Assembly: GCA_965263035.1 (NCBI GenBank)
Contig: OZ253580.1
Coordinates: 4,064,001-4,128,000, forward strand
DNA from: Acidobacteriota bacterium
Lineage (GTDB): Bacteria > Acidobacteriota > UBA6911 > RPQK01 > JAJDTT01
Reading direction: 5' to 3'
DNA: 64,000 bases
Positions 29,854 through 39,452 of the stretch are shown here, in pieces. The notes beneath the pieces were generated by a model that was not told the DNA's origin, searched no databases, and saw nothing but the letters and a program-made list of their open reading frames with translations. Every line of letters begins with the position of its first letter. The first letter of the stretch is position 1. The position numbers were made by a program, and so were the translations under genes.

Positions 29854-31039
29854 ATACTTGGTAGATCCGGGCCGCGTTCCCTCCCAGGACCAGGCTGCGG
29901 TCCTCCTCGGTCATGAACTCGGTGTGGTGGCGGATGGTGTCGATGCACTGCTTGTAGGTGCAGGCTCGCCCCGCCCACGGCATGTCGGCTCCCCAGATCA
30001 TCACCCGGGCCCCGAAGCGCTCGTAGATTCTCCGGATCATCTCCTGGTGCCGCGGGTAGGGAAATTCGGAATCTTTCGCTCCCCAGACCGATTCGTTCTC
30101 CCAGGCCAGGACGTAACCGAACTCCAGGTGGAAGTTGCCCAGCTTGAAGAGCTCGAAGAACTCGGTCGGATTGTCCACATGGTTGGGATCGGAGGGCGGC
30201 AGCACATTGCTGCCCTGATGAGCGTTCACCACCTGCAGTTCCGGGAACCGGCGGCAGACGTTCTCGATTTCCCCGATCTCCCGGAGGTAGTCGGCCTTGG
30301 TGTTGAAACCGGTCTCCAGGAAAACCGGAATCTTCATCCGGATGCAGGTCTTCCAGAGGGCCTCGGCGCGGGGATCGTCCCGGGGTTGCCCCTTGGGCAT
30401 GTGGGAGCAGAGTCCGCGGTAGCCCAGTTCGTCGACGGCTCTTTCCAAGGTTTCCAGCTCTTCCGCCAGATGCCGGTCGTCCTTGTTCAGGTCGTAGTCG
30501 ATGTCGGTGGTTCCGATGAAACGGTCGGGCCAACGGCGGATGCAGTTGGCGTAGTAGACTTCGCGGCCCCAGACCTTCGCCATGTATCCGGTCTGGATCA
30601 CTCCCATGTCCACGCCCACCATGTCCATGTGGGCCAACATCTGCTCGGGCTCATGAATGGGATCGAGCATGGTCTGGGGCCCACGGCGGATCCAACAGTC
30701 CTCGCCATGTTTCCGCCATCTCCAGATGCCGTATTTCCCCTGTGTGAACCCGATTTCCTCGTCCGGTTCCGGTATGTACTTGAGATCGGTGTGGCTGGCG
30801 ACGAACCTCCCCCAGAGGCTCCGGACGGCGCCCTGCATGATGCGATTGTGAGTGTTGGGGTCGTCGTATCCGAGGGGGCCGGTCTGATCGGGAAAGACGT
30901 GAACGTGGTGGTCGATGACCAGGGAGCGTTTGGGAGTTTCGGGGGAGCAACCGGAGGCCGTCCAGCTTCCGGCGAGTGCGGGGACGGCCAGAGCGGCCGA
31001 GCCGGTCAGAAAACGGCGTCGATCCAGGTTCGGGTTCAC
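29852..31039 (-). CDS. Tat-exported (lipo)protein, amidohydrolase_2 family
   Basis: DRRRFL twin-arginine signal ending ASGC; IDHHVH, AHQG, IWGADMPW; GTG 31039 after AAGGAG. Confidence 0.82.
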   Translation of the reverse strand: MNPNLDRRRFLTGSAALAVPALAGSWTASGCSPETPKRSLVIDHHVHVFPDQTGPLGYDDPNTHNRIMQGAVRSLWGRFVASHTDLKYIPEPDEEIGFTQGKYGIWRWRKHGEDCWIRRGPQTMLDPIHEPEQMLAHMDMVGVDMGVIQTGYMAKVWGREVYYANCIRRWPDRFIGTTDIDYDLNKDDRHLAEELETLERAVDELGYRGLCSHMPKGQPRDDPRAEALWKTCIRMKIPVFLETGFNTKADYLREIGEIENVCRRFPELQVVNAHQGSNVLPPSDPNHVDNPTEFFELFKLGNFHLEFGYVLAWENESVWGAKDSEFPYPRHQEMIRRIYERFGARVMIWGADMPWAGRACTYKQCIDTIRHHTEFMTEEDRSLVLGGNAARIYQV

Positions 31040-31088
31040 GGCGGTAGCTCCTTTCGGGTTTTGGGTCTCAGGCAACATCCGAGGTCAC

Positions 31089-31255
31089 TTAGGAGCCTGC
31101 GCCGCAGAAATTGATCTACTGCGAAAGCGGTAGAATCGGTCCATATTTCCCCGATTTCTCGGCGAATAGAACAACTATGCACCTCAAAACCGAGAAAATC
31201 CGGCCTCGATTCCCCACTTTCTCGCTACGATCATTTCTACCGCGCAGACTCCTGG
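31089..31255 (-). mobile_element. 159-bp palindromic MITE, copy 2 (core 31093-31251), inverted
   Basis: Reverse complement differs from copy 1 at about 4 positions; flanks TTAG/CTGG are an imperfect duplication. Confidence 0.88.
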
Positions 31256-31373
31256 TGTCGTCTTCCCGGTAAAGCTCGGCATCTTGTGCCCTTGCGGAAC
31301 GTGACCTATCATGATGGGCGGCCGGTCGCAAGTGAGCGTGCCGGGACTTCGAAACGCCAACGGGAGCGAATGC

Positions 31374-32477
31374 ATGGACACCATTGACTCCGGCATTTTC
31401 ATCATGCCTTTCCACCCCGCAGAGAAGCCTCGGTCCCAATGCCATGACGAGGACCTGGAACTGATCATTCGGGCCGAGGAACTCGGGTTCAGCGAGTTCT
31501 GGATCGGTGAGCATCACACCATGAAGTACGAGAACATCGTGATGCCCGAGATCTTCATCGCACGGGCCCTGGGGGAGACCAGCCGGATTCGGCTGGGCCC
31601 GGCACCGGTCTGTCTCAATCAGCACCATCCGGCCCATGTGGCCTGCCGGCTGGCCTTTCTGGATCATCTCTCCAAGGGGCGGCTCAATCTCTGCTTCGGC
31701 CCAGGCAGCGTGCCGGCAGATATGGAAATATACGGCTTGAAGCCCAAGGACGCCTCTCAGATGGCGTCCGAGGCCACCGACATCATCCTGAAGCTCTGGG
31801 AATCGGATCCTCCGTATGAGTACGATGGGCAGTTCTGGTCCATCCGCCTCAATGACTATGTCGACAAGGAGTCGGGAGTCGGCTTCATCCCCAAGCCGTT
31901 CCAGCGTCCTCATCCCCCCATCGCCGCGCCGGGCACGAGCCGCAATTCCGGGACCATGAAGGCAGCCGGACGGAGGGGATTCCAGCCCTTCGGACATTGT
32001 CTGGTGACGTCCGATGTTCTACGGGATCTGTGGCAGACCTACGAGCAGGCGGCTCTGGAGGCAGGGCGTGCGCCGGATCGGAAGGACTTCAAGGTCGCGC
32101 GATCCATTTTTCTGGCCGACACCACGGAGGAGGCCCGTGCCCGCGCCCGGAACAATTCCGTGGCCGGCAACTACGAATACATCGGCGGGTTTCTCGACAA
32201 GGGACCGGGACGTGCGATGTTCAAGCGGGATCTGGCCATGAGCGACGCCGATTGCAATCTGGATTACCTCATGACGGAGCAGATCATCGCGGGAGATGTG
32301 GACGAAGTGTTGCGCCGGCTGTTGCTCATGGTGGAGGAGGTCGGCCCCTTCGGCACGCTGATTCTCATGTGTTACGACTGGGACGACAAGGCGAGTTGGG
32401 TGCGCAGTCTGGAGCTTTTTGCCAAGGAGGTCATGCCTGCCCTGAACCGGGCGGTTGCCGCGCCGGTGGTTGCCTGA
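31374..32477 (+). CDS. Luciferase-like flavin-dependent monooxygenase (LLM class)
   Basis: GIFIMPFHP, AEELGFSEFWIGEHHT, LDHLSKGRL, KPFQRPHPPI, LELFAKEVMP. Confidence 0.9.
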   Translation: MDTIDSGIFIMPFHPAEKPRSQCHDEDLELIIRAEELGFSEFWIGEHHTMKYENIVMPEIFIARALGETSRIRLGPAPVCLNQHHPAHVACRLAFLDHLSKGRLNLCFGPGSVPADMEIYGLKPKDASQMASEATDIILKLWESDPPYEYDGQFWSIRLNDYVDKESGVGFIPKPFQRPHPPIAAPGTSRNSGTMKAAGRRGFQPFGHCLVTSDVLRDLWQTYEQAALEAGRAPDRKDFKVARSIFLADTTEEARARARNNSVAGNYEYIGGFLDKGPGRAMFKRDLAMSDADCNLDYLMTEQIIAGDVDEVLRRLLLMVEEVGPFGTLILMCYDWDDKASWVRSLELFAKEVMPALNRAVAAPVVA

Positions 32478-32523
32478 GTTCCCGGATGAGCCCGCCGGGC
32501 CTGATCCGAAAACCCCTGAAAAA

Positions 32524-33702
32524 ATGAAGCTGAGCCAGGACGTGGTCGATCGTGTGAACCGGGCCGTTCGTCCGGAACGGCTGACGGAATTGGCCGTCGA
32601 GCTGATCCGGATCCCCAGCCCCACGCAGAATGCCGCCGAGGTGGCCGGCCGACTGGCGGAGGTTCTGGCGGCCGAGGGTTTCGAGGTTGGCCGGCCGGAG
32701 GCCGCGTGGCCCCGGTCCCCGGCCGTGGTCACCCGATTCGATACGGGAGTTGCGGGGCGAACCCTCCAGTTCAACGGCCACCTGGATACGGTGCATCTCC
32801 CCTTCGTTCCTCCCCGCATCGAGGATGGAGTCCTCTACGGGAGTGGCGCCTCGGACATGAAGGCCGGAGTGGCCGCCATGTGCGAGGCCTTGCTGGCGGT
32901 TCGGGATTCGGGCGTTCTGGAGGCAGGCGGGATCCTGTTGACGGCTCACGACCTCCACGAGGCTCCATGGGGCCGGGGCCAGCAGTTGGCGGCGCTGATC
33001 GAGGAGGGCTATGTGGGAGACGCGGCGCTGTTGCCGGAGTATCTCTCCAGCACTCTCCCGGTCGTGGGCCGGGGCATGGCCAATGTGGAAGTGACGCTCA
33101 GCCGGCAGGGAACCCCGGTGCATGAGGTTTTGGGTGGCCTGGAGCAGCCGCGTGTGATCGCCGCCGGCGCCGACCTGGTGACCCGGCTCGAAGCCGCCGA
33201 CCGGAGCTTGACCGGCAGGAGCCATCCCCTGGCCGGACGGGAGAGCCTCTTCATCGGCAAGGTCGCGGGGGGAGAGATCTACAACCAGTCCCCGACCGAG
33301 TTTCGTCTCGCCGGCACCTGCAGGTGGTTGCCGGGGACGGCCGTGGATGAGGTGCGGAAACGGTTTCTGGATGCCGTCGACGGGATGGAGGCACGGCCGG
33401 GCATCCAGATCGACGCTCAGTTTCACTACCGGCGGGACGCCTACGAGATGAACCTGGAGCATCCCCTGGTCGGCGCTTTTCAGGACTCCTGCCAGGCCGT
33501 CATGGGTCGCCCCCTGCCCCATGGAGCCAAGCCCTTCATCGATGACGGCAATACCCTGAGGGAATTGGCCGGTATCGAGACCATCACCCACGGACCCCGG
33601 GCCACGGGCGCTCATACCACCGGGGAGCAGGTCCCCCTGGACGACCTGGTCCGCGTGGCTCGGGTCTACGCTTGCACCGCGGTTGCATTCTGCGCCGGAT
33701 AG
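32524..33702 (+). CDS. M20 family metallo-hydrolase (ArgE/DapE-like deacylase)
   Basis: NGHLDTV, YGSGASDMKAG, AHTTGE; the usual EE motif reads DLHE. Confidence 0.85.
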   Translation: MKLSQDVVDRVNRAVRPERLTELAVELIRIPSPTQNAAEVAGRLAEVLAAEGFEVGRPEAAWPRSPAVVTRFDTGVAGRTLQFNGHLDTVHLPFVPPRIEDGVLYGSGASDMKAGVAAMCEALLAVRDSGVLEAGGILLTAHDLHEAPWGRGQQLAALIEEGYVGDAALLPEYLSSTLPVVGRGMANVEVTLSRQGTPVHEVLGGLEQPRVIAAGADLVTRLEAADRSLTGRSHPLAGRESLFIGKVAGGEIYNQSPTEFRLAGTCRWLPGTAVDEVRKRFLDAVDGMEARPGIQIDAQFHYRRDAYEMNLEHPLVGAFQDSCQAVMGRPLPHGAKPFIDDGNTLRELAGIETITHGPRATGAHTTGEQVPLDDLVRVARVYACTAVAFCAG

Positions 33703-33770
33703 GAAAGAGAAAAGAGGAAAGAGTGAAGGAAAAAGAATCGTACGCACAGTGGGGTCGAGGGGAGCCGGAA
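33701..33770 (+). repeat. Family B repeat, partial copy, directly after the M20 stop codon
   Basis: GAGGAAAGAGTGAAG...TACGCACAGTGGGGTCGA matches AAGAGTGAAG...TACGCGCAGTGGGGACGA (reverse complement of 39584-39624). Confidence 0.55.
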
Positions 33771-35153
33771 GTAGTTTCCCGGACGGAATCCATTCCTCCT
33801 GAAAGGACGGGGGAGGAGCAGTTCCTGCGTCAGATCCTGGTGCGGGCCCAGATGAGCGAATTTGCCGCGGATCCTTTCATCATGTCCCGGGCCAAAGGGA
33901 TCCACTACTGGGACGTTCACGGCAAGCAGTATCTGGACGGGATCTCGGGAATCTACGTGGTCTCCGTGGGACATTCCAATCCACGGGTGATGGACGCAAT
34001 TCGCCGGCAGATGGAGGTGCTGCATTTCTCCCCCACCATGCATGGCAGCAATCCACTGGCCGTCGAACTGGCCAATCGTCTGGTGGCCGTCGCTCCGGGC
34101 GACCTGGACGCGGTCAAGTTCCTGACCGGAGGATCGGAGGTGACCGAGGCGGCCATCACCATGGCCCGCCAGTACCACCGGTTGACCGGGAACGCGGGCA
34201 AGTACAAGATCATTTCCCGTTACAAGTCGTGGCACGGATCGACCATGGGGTCCCTCTCCGCATCGGGACTGACCAGCCGCCGGAGCGTGCGGGAACCGCT
34301 GGCCCCGGGTTTCATCCACGTCTTCCCCCCCACCTGCTACCGCTGTCCCTTCGGCAAGGAGTATCCGGACTGCGAAATCACCTGCGCCAGCCTCATCGGC
34401 GACGTGATCGAGAATGAGGGGCCGGAGACCGTCGCTGCCGTCATCGTGGAGCCCATCGGTCACACCGGAGGCATCATCGAGCCGCCCGAGGAGTACCTGC
34501 CCCAGCTGCGGGAAATCTGCGACCGCCATAACGTCCTCCTCATCTTTGACGAGATCATCACCGGCATGGGGCGCACCGGACAGATGTTCGCCGCCGATAC
34601 CTTCGGCGTCCTTCCCGACCTCCTCTGTGTGGGGAAGGGGCTGTCGGGCGGGTATGCTCCCCTGTCGGCGATGCTCTGCCGCAGGCACATCGCCGACACC
34701 TTCTGGGGGGATCCCGCCACCAATCCGGGCTTCGTGGCCGGTCACACCTTCGAGGGGAACCCCATCTCCTGCACGGCAGGCCTAGCGACTCTGGCCGAGA
34801 TCTTGGAGCGGGATCTCTGCGGCAACGCCAGACGCGTGGGAGATCATCTCCGGCACGGATTGGAGGGGCTCCGCCGCCACGGCATCATCGGCGACATCCG
34901 GGGGCGGGGACTGTTCCTGGGTCTGGAGTTCGTCCGGAACCCCGAGACCAAGGAGCCCTTCTCCGACCGGATCTCCATTGGGAAGCGCATTGGCAAGCGA
35001 GCCCTCGAACATGGATTGCTGACCCGGTTCGATCCCAACTGGATCGCACTGGGCCCGCCTCTCGTTCTGACGACGGCGGAGGCCGATCAGATCGTGGAGA
35101 TTCTGGATCGGAGTATCGGGGAAGTCCTTAATGAGCTGGAGGAATCAGAGTGA
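33723..35153 (+). CDS. Class III PLP aminotransferase (start uncertain)
   Basis: YLDGISG, GGSEVTEAA, WHGST, IVEPI, IFDEIITGMGRTG, PDLLCVGKGLSGG (PLP Lys), GHTFEGNP. Confidence 0.92.
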   Translation: MKEKESYAQWGRGEPEVVSRTESIPPERTGEEQFLRQILVRAQMSEFAADPFIMSRAKGIHYWDVHGKQYLDGISGIYVVSVGHSNPRVMDAIRRQMEVLHFSPTMHGSNPLAVELANRLVAVAPGDLDAVKFLTGGSEVTEAAITMARQYHRLTGNAGKYKIISRYKSWHGSTMGSLSASGLTSRRSVREPLAPGFIHVFPPTCYRCPFGKEYPDCEITCASLIGDVIENEGPETVAAVIVEPIGHTGGIIEPPEEYLPQLREICDRHNVLLIFDEIITGMGRTGQMFAADTFGVLPDLLCVGKGLSGGYAPLSAMLCRRHIADTFWGDPATNPGFVAGHTFEGNPISCTAGLATLAEILERDLCGNARRVGDHLRHGLEGLRRHGIIGDIRGRGLFLGLEFVRNPETKEPFSDRISIGKRIGKRALEHGLLTRFDPNWIALGPPLVLTTAEADQIVEILDRSIGEVLNELEESE

Positions 35154-36325
35154 CAGGCGCCTCTGGAGACTACGATCTGCTCCTGAAGGGTGGGACGGTC
35201 ATCGACCCGGCCAACGGCCGGCGCGGACTCCTGGACGTGGCCCTCAAGGCGGGCCGGGTAGCGGCCGTGGCCCGCGACCTTCCGGTCCAGGATTCCGCCG
35301 AGGTGCTGGACACCTCCGGTCTCCTGGTGGTGCCCGGCCTCATCGATCTGCACACGCACGTCTACGAAGGAGTCTCCTTCCTGGGGATCGAGGCGGACGA
35401 TCTCTGTCCGCGCACCGGAGTCACCACCGTCGTGGACACCGGATCGGCCGGCTGGATCAACTACAAGGGTCTGGAGCGATACGTGATCGAGCCCTCCGAG
35501 ACTCGCATCTTCGGTTACGTGAACCTCTCCGGCGTGGGCCTTCCCTCGCGCCGGGGTGAACTGGTCCATCACGACTACCTGGATGCCGGCGAGTGCGCCG
35601 AATGCGTCCTTCGCCACCCGGAGTCGGCTTTGGGGGTCAAGGTCCGTCTCTATGAGGGTGTGGCCGGAACCATGGATCTCCGAGACGTCCTGAAGGCGTC
35701 CCTGGAAGCGGCGAAAGAATGCGGCAAGCCGCTCATGATTCACATCAGCGGGTCGGACGTGCCGTTGGAGGACCTGCTTCCACCCCTTCGAACCGGCGAC
35801 GTGGTGACTCATTGTTGCCACGGCACCGAGGCCGCGTCGATCCTGGATGGGGAAGGGAAGATCCGTCCCGTGGTGCGGGATGCCCGGGAGCGCGGGATCC
35901 TCTTCGACGTGGGCCACGGCGTGGGAAGCTTTGCCTTCCGCATTGCGCGCCGTGCAGTGGCCGAGGGATTTCTGCCCGACACCATCAGCACCGACATCCA
36001 TACCCTGTCCATCAACTATCCTGTCTACGACCTCCCCACCACCCTCTCCAAGTTTCTGGGCCTGGGTCTCTCTTTGGACGAGGTCATCGAACGAGCCACC
36101 ATCGAACCGGCCCGGATCATCGGCATCGACTCCCATCTGGGCCACCTCGACGTGGGGGCCACCGCCGATATCGCGGTGCTGGAGTTGGAGGAGGGCCGGT
36201 TCTCCTTCTTCGACGTGGAGCACGAGAAGATGGCCGGGCCTCAGAGGCTGGTCTGCAAGGCCACCATCAAGGACGGCACCGTCTGGTGGCGCGCCGGCGA
36301 GGCCGGCAAGTCAGCGGAGATGTGA
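35150..36325 (+). CDS. Amidohydrolase/deacetylase, dihydroorotase-like (EF_0837/Atu3266 type)
   Basis: PGLIDLHTH, GVTTVVDTGSAG, GVKVR, MIH, THC, DVGHG.GSF, ISTDIH. Confidence 0.88.
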   Translation: MTGASGDYDLLLKGGTVIDPANGRRGLLDVALKAGRVAAVARDLPVQDSAEVLDTSGLLVVPGLIDLHTHVYEGVSFLGIEADDLCPRTGVTTVVDTGSAGWINYKGLERYVIEPSETRIFGYVNLSGVGLPSRRGELVHHDYLDAGECAECVLRHPESALGVKVRLYEGVAGTMDLRDVLKASLEAAKECGKPLMIHISGSDVPLEDLLPPLRTGDVVTHCCHGTEAASILDGEGKIRPVVRDARERGILFDVGHGVGSFAFRIARRAVAEGFLPDTISTDIHTLSINYPVYDLPTTLSKFLGLGLSLDEVIERATIEPARIIGIDSHLGHLDVGATADIAVLELEEGRFSFFDVEHEKMAGPQRLVCKATIKDGTVWWRAGEAGKSAEM

Positions 36326-36334
36326 CTTCTCGCT

Positions 36335-37258
36335 TCAGAGAACTCCCAACCCTTGGAGATGATCCCGCAGGACCTCCATTTCCGGGTCGGTCAGGGAGTA
36401 GTGGGGCTTGCGTCTCCACCGTCCGGCGATGCCGTAGATCTCCAGCATGGCGTGCATGCCCGCGTCGAACCCTCCCTGCAGTTTCGCCAGAAAGTCGAAC
36501 AGCGGCATGTCATAGGTCTTGATCACCTCTCTCGCCCGGGCCAGGTTCCCATCCTGAATGGCGGACCAGTATTGGCGGGCGACGCCGGGGTGGAAGCCGA
36601 TATAGGTCGACATGTATCCGTCGCAGCCGTAAGGATGCAGGTCCAGGTGGTTCTGCTTCATGCCACCGGAGAAGACCGCCCACCGCTCGTGCACCAAGAG
36701 GCACATGCGCCGTGCGAATTGGCCGAGGATGTCATCCTTGATGGCCACGATCCCCTCGACCTGCTCCACCAGGACCTTCAGGGTTTCCAGCGCGAAGTCG
36801 ATCCCCCGGGGGGCATAGAGATTTGTAACCACCATCACCGGGATCTCCCGCGCCACAGCGCCGTAGTGTTCCGCCAGGGTCTGGGTGGTGCAGGAAGCGG
36901 CCCAATCGGGTGGGAGCACCATCAGGACGTCGGCGCCCACCAAACGGACGTACCGGGCGAAGTCCACCGCACGGCTCGTGGAATGGTAGCGGTCCGCGGC
37001 CACCACCAGGGCACGTCCGGCGGTCTGCTCGACGGTGACGCGGGTGACCTGGGCAATCTCGGAATCGCTCAGGATATGGAAATGGCTGTCGCCCGCGGTG
37101 AGGAGGACGGTGCCGGACCCATTTTGAATGTTGCATTCGATGTGGCTTCTGAGACCGTCGGTGTCCACGCTGCCATCTTTCTTGAAGGGCGTCCGAATCG
37201 ATCCGAAGGGGCCCGTCAGGGCCGACCGGATCTCCTCTCGAGTCCACTTTCGCTTCAT
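36335..37258 (-). CDS. Dihydrodipicolinate synthase/N-acetylneuraminate lyase family protein
   Basis: TPFKKDGSVD, TAGDS, GADVLMVLPP, IVAIKDD (Schiff-base Lys). Confidence 0.85.
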   Translation of the reverse strand: MKRKWTREEIRSALTGPFGSIRTPFKKDGSVDTDGLRSHIECNIQNGSGTVLLTAGDSHFHILSDSEIAQVTRVTVEQTAGRALVVAADRYHSTSRAVDFARYVRLVGADVLMVLPPDWAASCTTQTLAEHYGAVAREIPVMVVTNLYAPRGIDFALETLKVLVEQVEGIVAIKDDILGQFARRMCLLVHERWAVFSGGMKQNHLDLHPYGCDGYMSTYIGFHPGVARQYWSAIQDGNLARAREVIKTYDMPLFDFLAKLQGGFDAGMHAMLEIYGIAGRWRRKPHYSLTDPEMEVLRDHLQGLGVL

Positions 37259-37286
37259 GGTGTGAGTCTCCTGTTCCGAGGCCGAG

Positions 37287-38276
37287 TCAGTAGCCGGCGC
37301 GTTTGTCGACCAACCCTTCCAACGGCCCGCCTCGCCGAAATCGTCTCAGATTCTGAAAGAACAGGTCCAGGACGGCGTCCTCCTGTTCCCTGGAGGTGCC
37401 CCGGCAAGGAGTCACCACCACCTGGGGATGTTTCCAGAATCCGGAATTCGCCGCCGGCATCCGGACGTCCGGGTGTTGACCCGACGGCTGCAGGCAGACC
37501 CCGGCGATCCATCCCTCCTCCAGAGCCCGCTCCAGAGCCGCGTAGTCCAACAGGGGCGGCCGGCCGGACGAATCGATGAGATAGGCCGAAGGCTTCATCG
37601 CGCGGAGTTGAGGTCGTCCCATGAAGCCGCGCGTCTCCCGGGTCAGGGGCACCGCCAGCACCACGAAATCGGACGCCGCAAGCAGTTCCGGCAACCGGTC
37701 CAGGGAGAAGAGTTGGTGAACCGAATCGACCCGTCGGCGCGGACGCCGAGCCGTCCCCAGTACCCGCATCCCCAGGGAACTGCAGACCCTGGCGATGGCC
37801 CGGCCCATGTACCCGAGGCCGATGATTCCCACCGTCTTTCCCGCCAGATCGAACGGCTGAAGCTCCCCGTCCCGTCCCGGGTCCCACTGAGTCATGGGCG
37901 GTCGTCGCAGACGATGAAACCGGCGGGAGAAGATCAGCATGGCGGCGAGAGCGTGCTCCGCGCCGGCGGTCCCGAAGCAGGGCTTGGAGCAGGTCAGGGG
38001 AATCGGACTATCCACCAGTTCGGGAAAGAGGTAGTGGCCGGCTCCGCCCACCATGGCGTGGATCCACTGCAGGCGGTTGCCCCGGTCCAGAATCTCCGCG
38101 TCAAGGGCGCCCACCTGCAGGACCTGGGCATCGGAGACCTCCTTCAGGATGATCTTCCGGTCGGCCGAGATCACGATCTCGATTCCATCGAATTCCTCAG
38201 TCGCGGCCCTTTCCAGGATCCGGTCGCGCCATTCCTCCCAGGTGATCAGGATCTTGTCGACTCTCGGCAGTGGCAA
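37287..38276 (-). CDS. D-2-hydroxyacid dehydrogenase family protein, non-canonical active site
   Basis: AEHALAAML, KTVGIIGLGYMG, SDFVVLAVPLTRET, MKPSAYLID; TPC in place of TPH; TTG 38276 chosen to avoid overlap. Confidence 0.85.
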   Translation of the reverse strand: MPLPRVDKILITWEEWRDRILERAATEEFDGIEIVISADRKIILKEVSDAQVLQVGALDAEILDRGNRLQWIHAMVGGAGHYLFPELVDSPIPLTCSKPCFGTAGAEHALAAMLIFSRRFHRLRRPPMTQWDPGRDGELQPFDLAGKTVGIIGLGYMGRAIARVCSSLGMRVLGTARRPRRRVDSVHQLFSLDRLPELLAASDFVVLAVPLTRETRGFMGRPQLRAMKPSAYLIDSSGRPPLLDYAALERALEEGWIAGVCLQPSGQHPDVRMPAANSGFWKHPQVVVTPCRGTSREQEDAVLDLFFQNLRRFRRGGPLEGLVDKRAGY

Positions 38277-38286
38277 ATGACTATTC

Positions 38287-39435
38287 CTACGGCTCCTGGA
38301 TTGCCTCCGGGACCAAATCTCCCAATCCGAGTCCGGGAGACGTGGAGATCTCCAGGTAACCCCCGCGCTGTTCGAGCGGACGTTCGAACAGCCTCCGATG
38401 AGCCGTCTCCAGGCGCCGGAGGTCGTCGGGAAGGGACCGGAAACCGGCAAAGGCCGGGTACTCGATCAGGATACCGTTTCCCACAGTGGCCAGAACGTTC
38501 AGATGGGCGGCTACGGCAATGCCGGTCCAGGGACAATGGGGGATGCAAAGGAGACCCTCTTCCTCCGATTGCCGCGCCACCTGGAGCATCTGTGTGATTC
38601 CCATCTGTTGGGCGTCCGGCTGGATGACATCCACCGCACGCCGCTGGAGAAATGGCCGGAAATCCGTGGAGGTGGTCAGGCTCTCTCCGGTGGCGATCCT
38701 GGTCCGGGAACTCTGAGTCAGGGCGGTAAAGCCGTCCACGTCGTGCGGATGAAGGGGCTCCTCCAGGAAGAAGACATCGAAATCCTCCAGCAGGCGGGCG
38801 ACTCGCATTGCGTCCTTGACGGTCCACCCCCGGTCCAGGTAGGCGGGACAGCCGAAGTCGATCATGAGGAGGGTCTCGGGACCGATGGCCTCGCGGACCA
38901 TAGCGAGGCTCTTCAGGTCGTCAGGTCCGAAGTAATTGCCCCAGCCGAACTTCACCGCCTTGAACCCCTCCTCCATGTAGGCCCGGCATTCGCGAACCAG
39001 TTCTTCCGGAGACTTGTGCCGGGGCCGGCCGGCACGCAGCGCCGGAAGATCGAAGGCGGTGGCACTGGCGTAGACCATGATGCGGGATTGGACGGCGCCC
39101 CCCAACAGCTTGTAGATGGGCAACCCCCGAGCCTTGCCCGTCAGGTCCCAGAGAGCCAGATCGATGGCGCTCATGGTATTGACGGCCAGGCCCCCTTCAC
39201 CTCCCCGGCCCCGCTGGGCCTGCCAGGTCTCGAACATCTTGCGCCAGAGGCGATTCGTATCGGTGGGGTCTTCACCCAGCAGCAGGTCGCCAAGGGACCC
39301 GGGGCCGTCCTCCACCAGGGCCCGCACTGCCGGTGCGTGGGCAGAAGTGGCGCCGATCCCGGAATATCCCTCGTCGGTGGTGATGCGAACCAAGCAGGGA
39401 GTGTTCGCCAGCACCTGGACCCCGGTGATCCTCAT
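38287..39435 (-). CDS. Mandelate racemase/muconate lactonising enolase-superfamily dehydratase
   Basis: AIDLALWDLTGK, KAVK, MID, FLEEP, TGE, QPD, PH, IEY. Confidence 0.9.
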   Translation of the reverse strand: MRITGVQVLANTPCLVRITTDEGYSGIGATSAHAPAVRALVEDGPGSLGDLLLGEDPTDTNRLWRKMFETWQAQRGRGGEGGLAVNTMSAIDLALWDLTGKARGLPIYKLLGGAVQSRIMVYASATAFDLPALRAGRPRHKSPEELVRECRAYMEEGFKAVKFGWGNYFGPDDLKSLAMVREAIGPETLLMIDFGCPAYLDRGWTVKDAMRVARLLEDFDVFFLEEPLHPHDVDGFTALTQSSRTRIATGESLTTSTDFRPFLQRRAVDVIQPDAQQMGITQMLQVARQSEEEGLLCIPHCPWTGIAVAAHLNVLATVGNGILIEYPAFAGFRSLPDDLRRLETAHRRLFERPLEQRGGYLEISTSPGLGLGDLVPEAIQEP

Positions 39436-39452
39436 GGTGGAAATATGGAACA

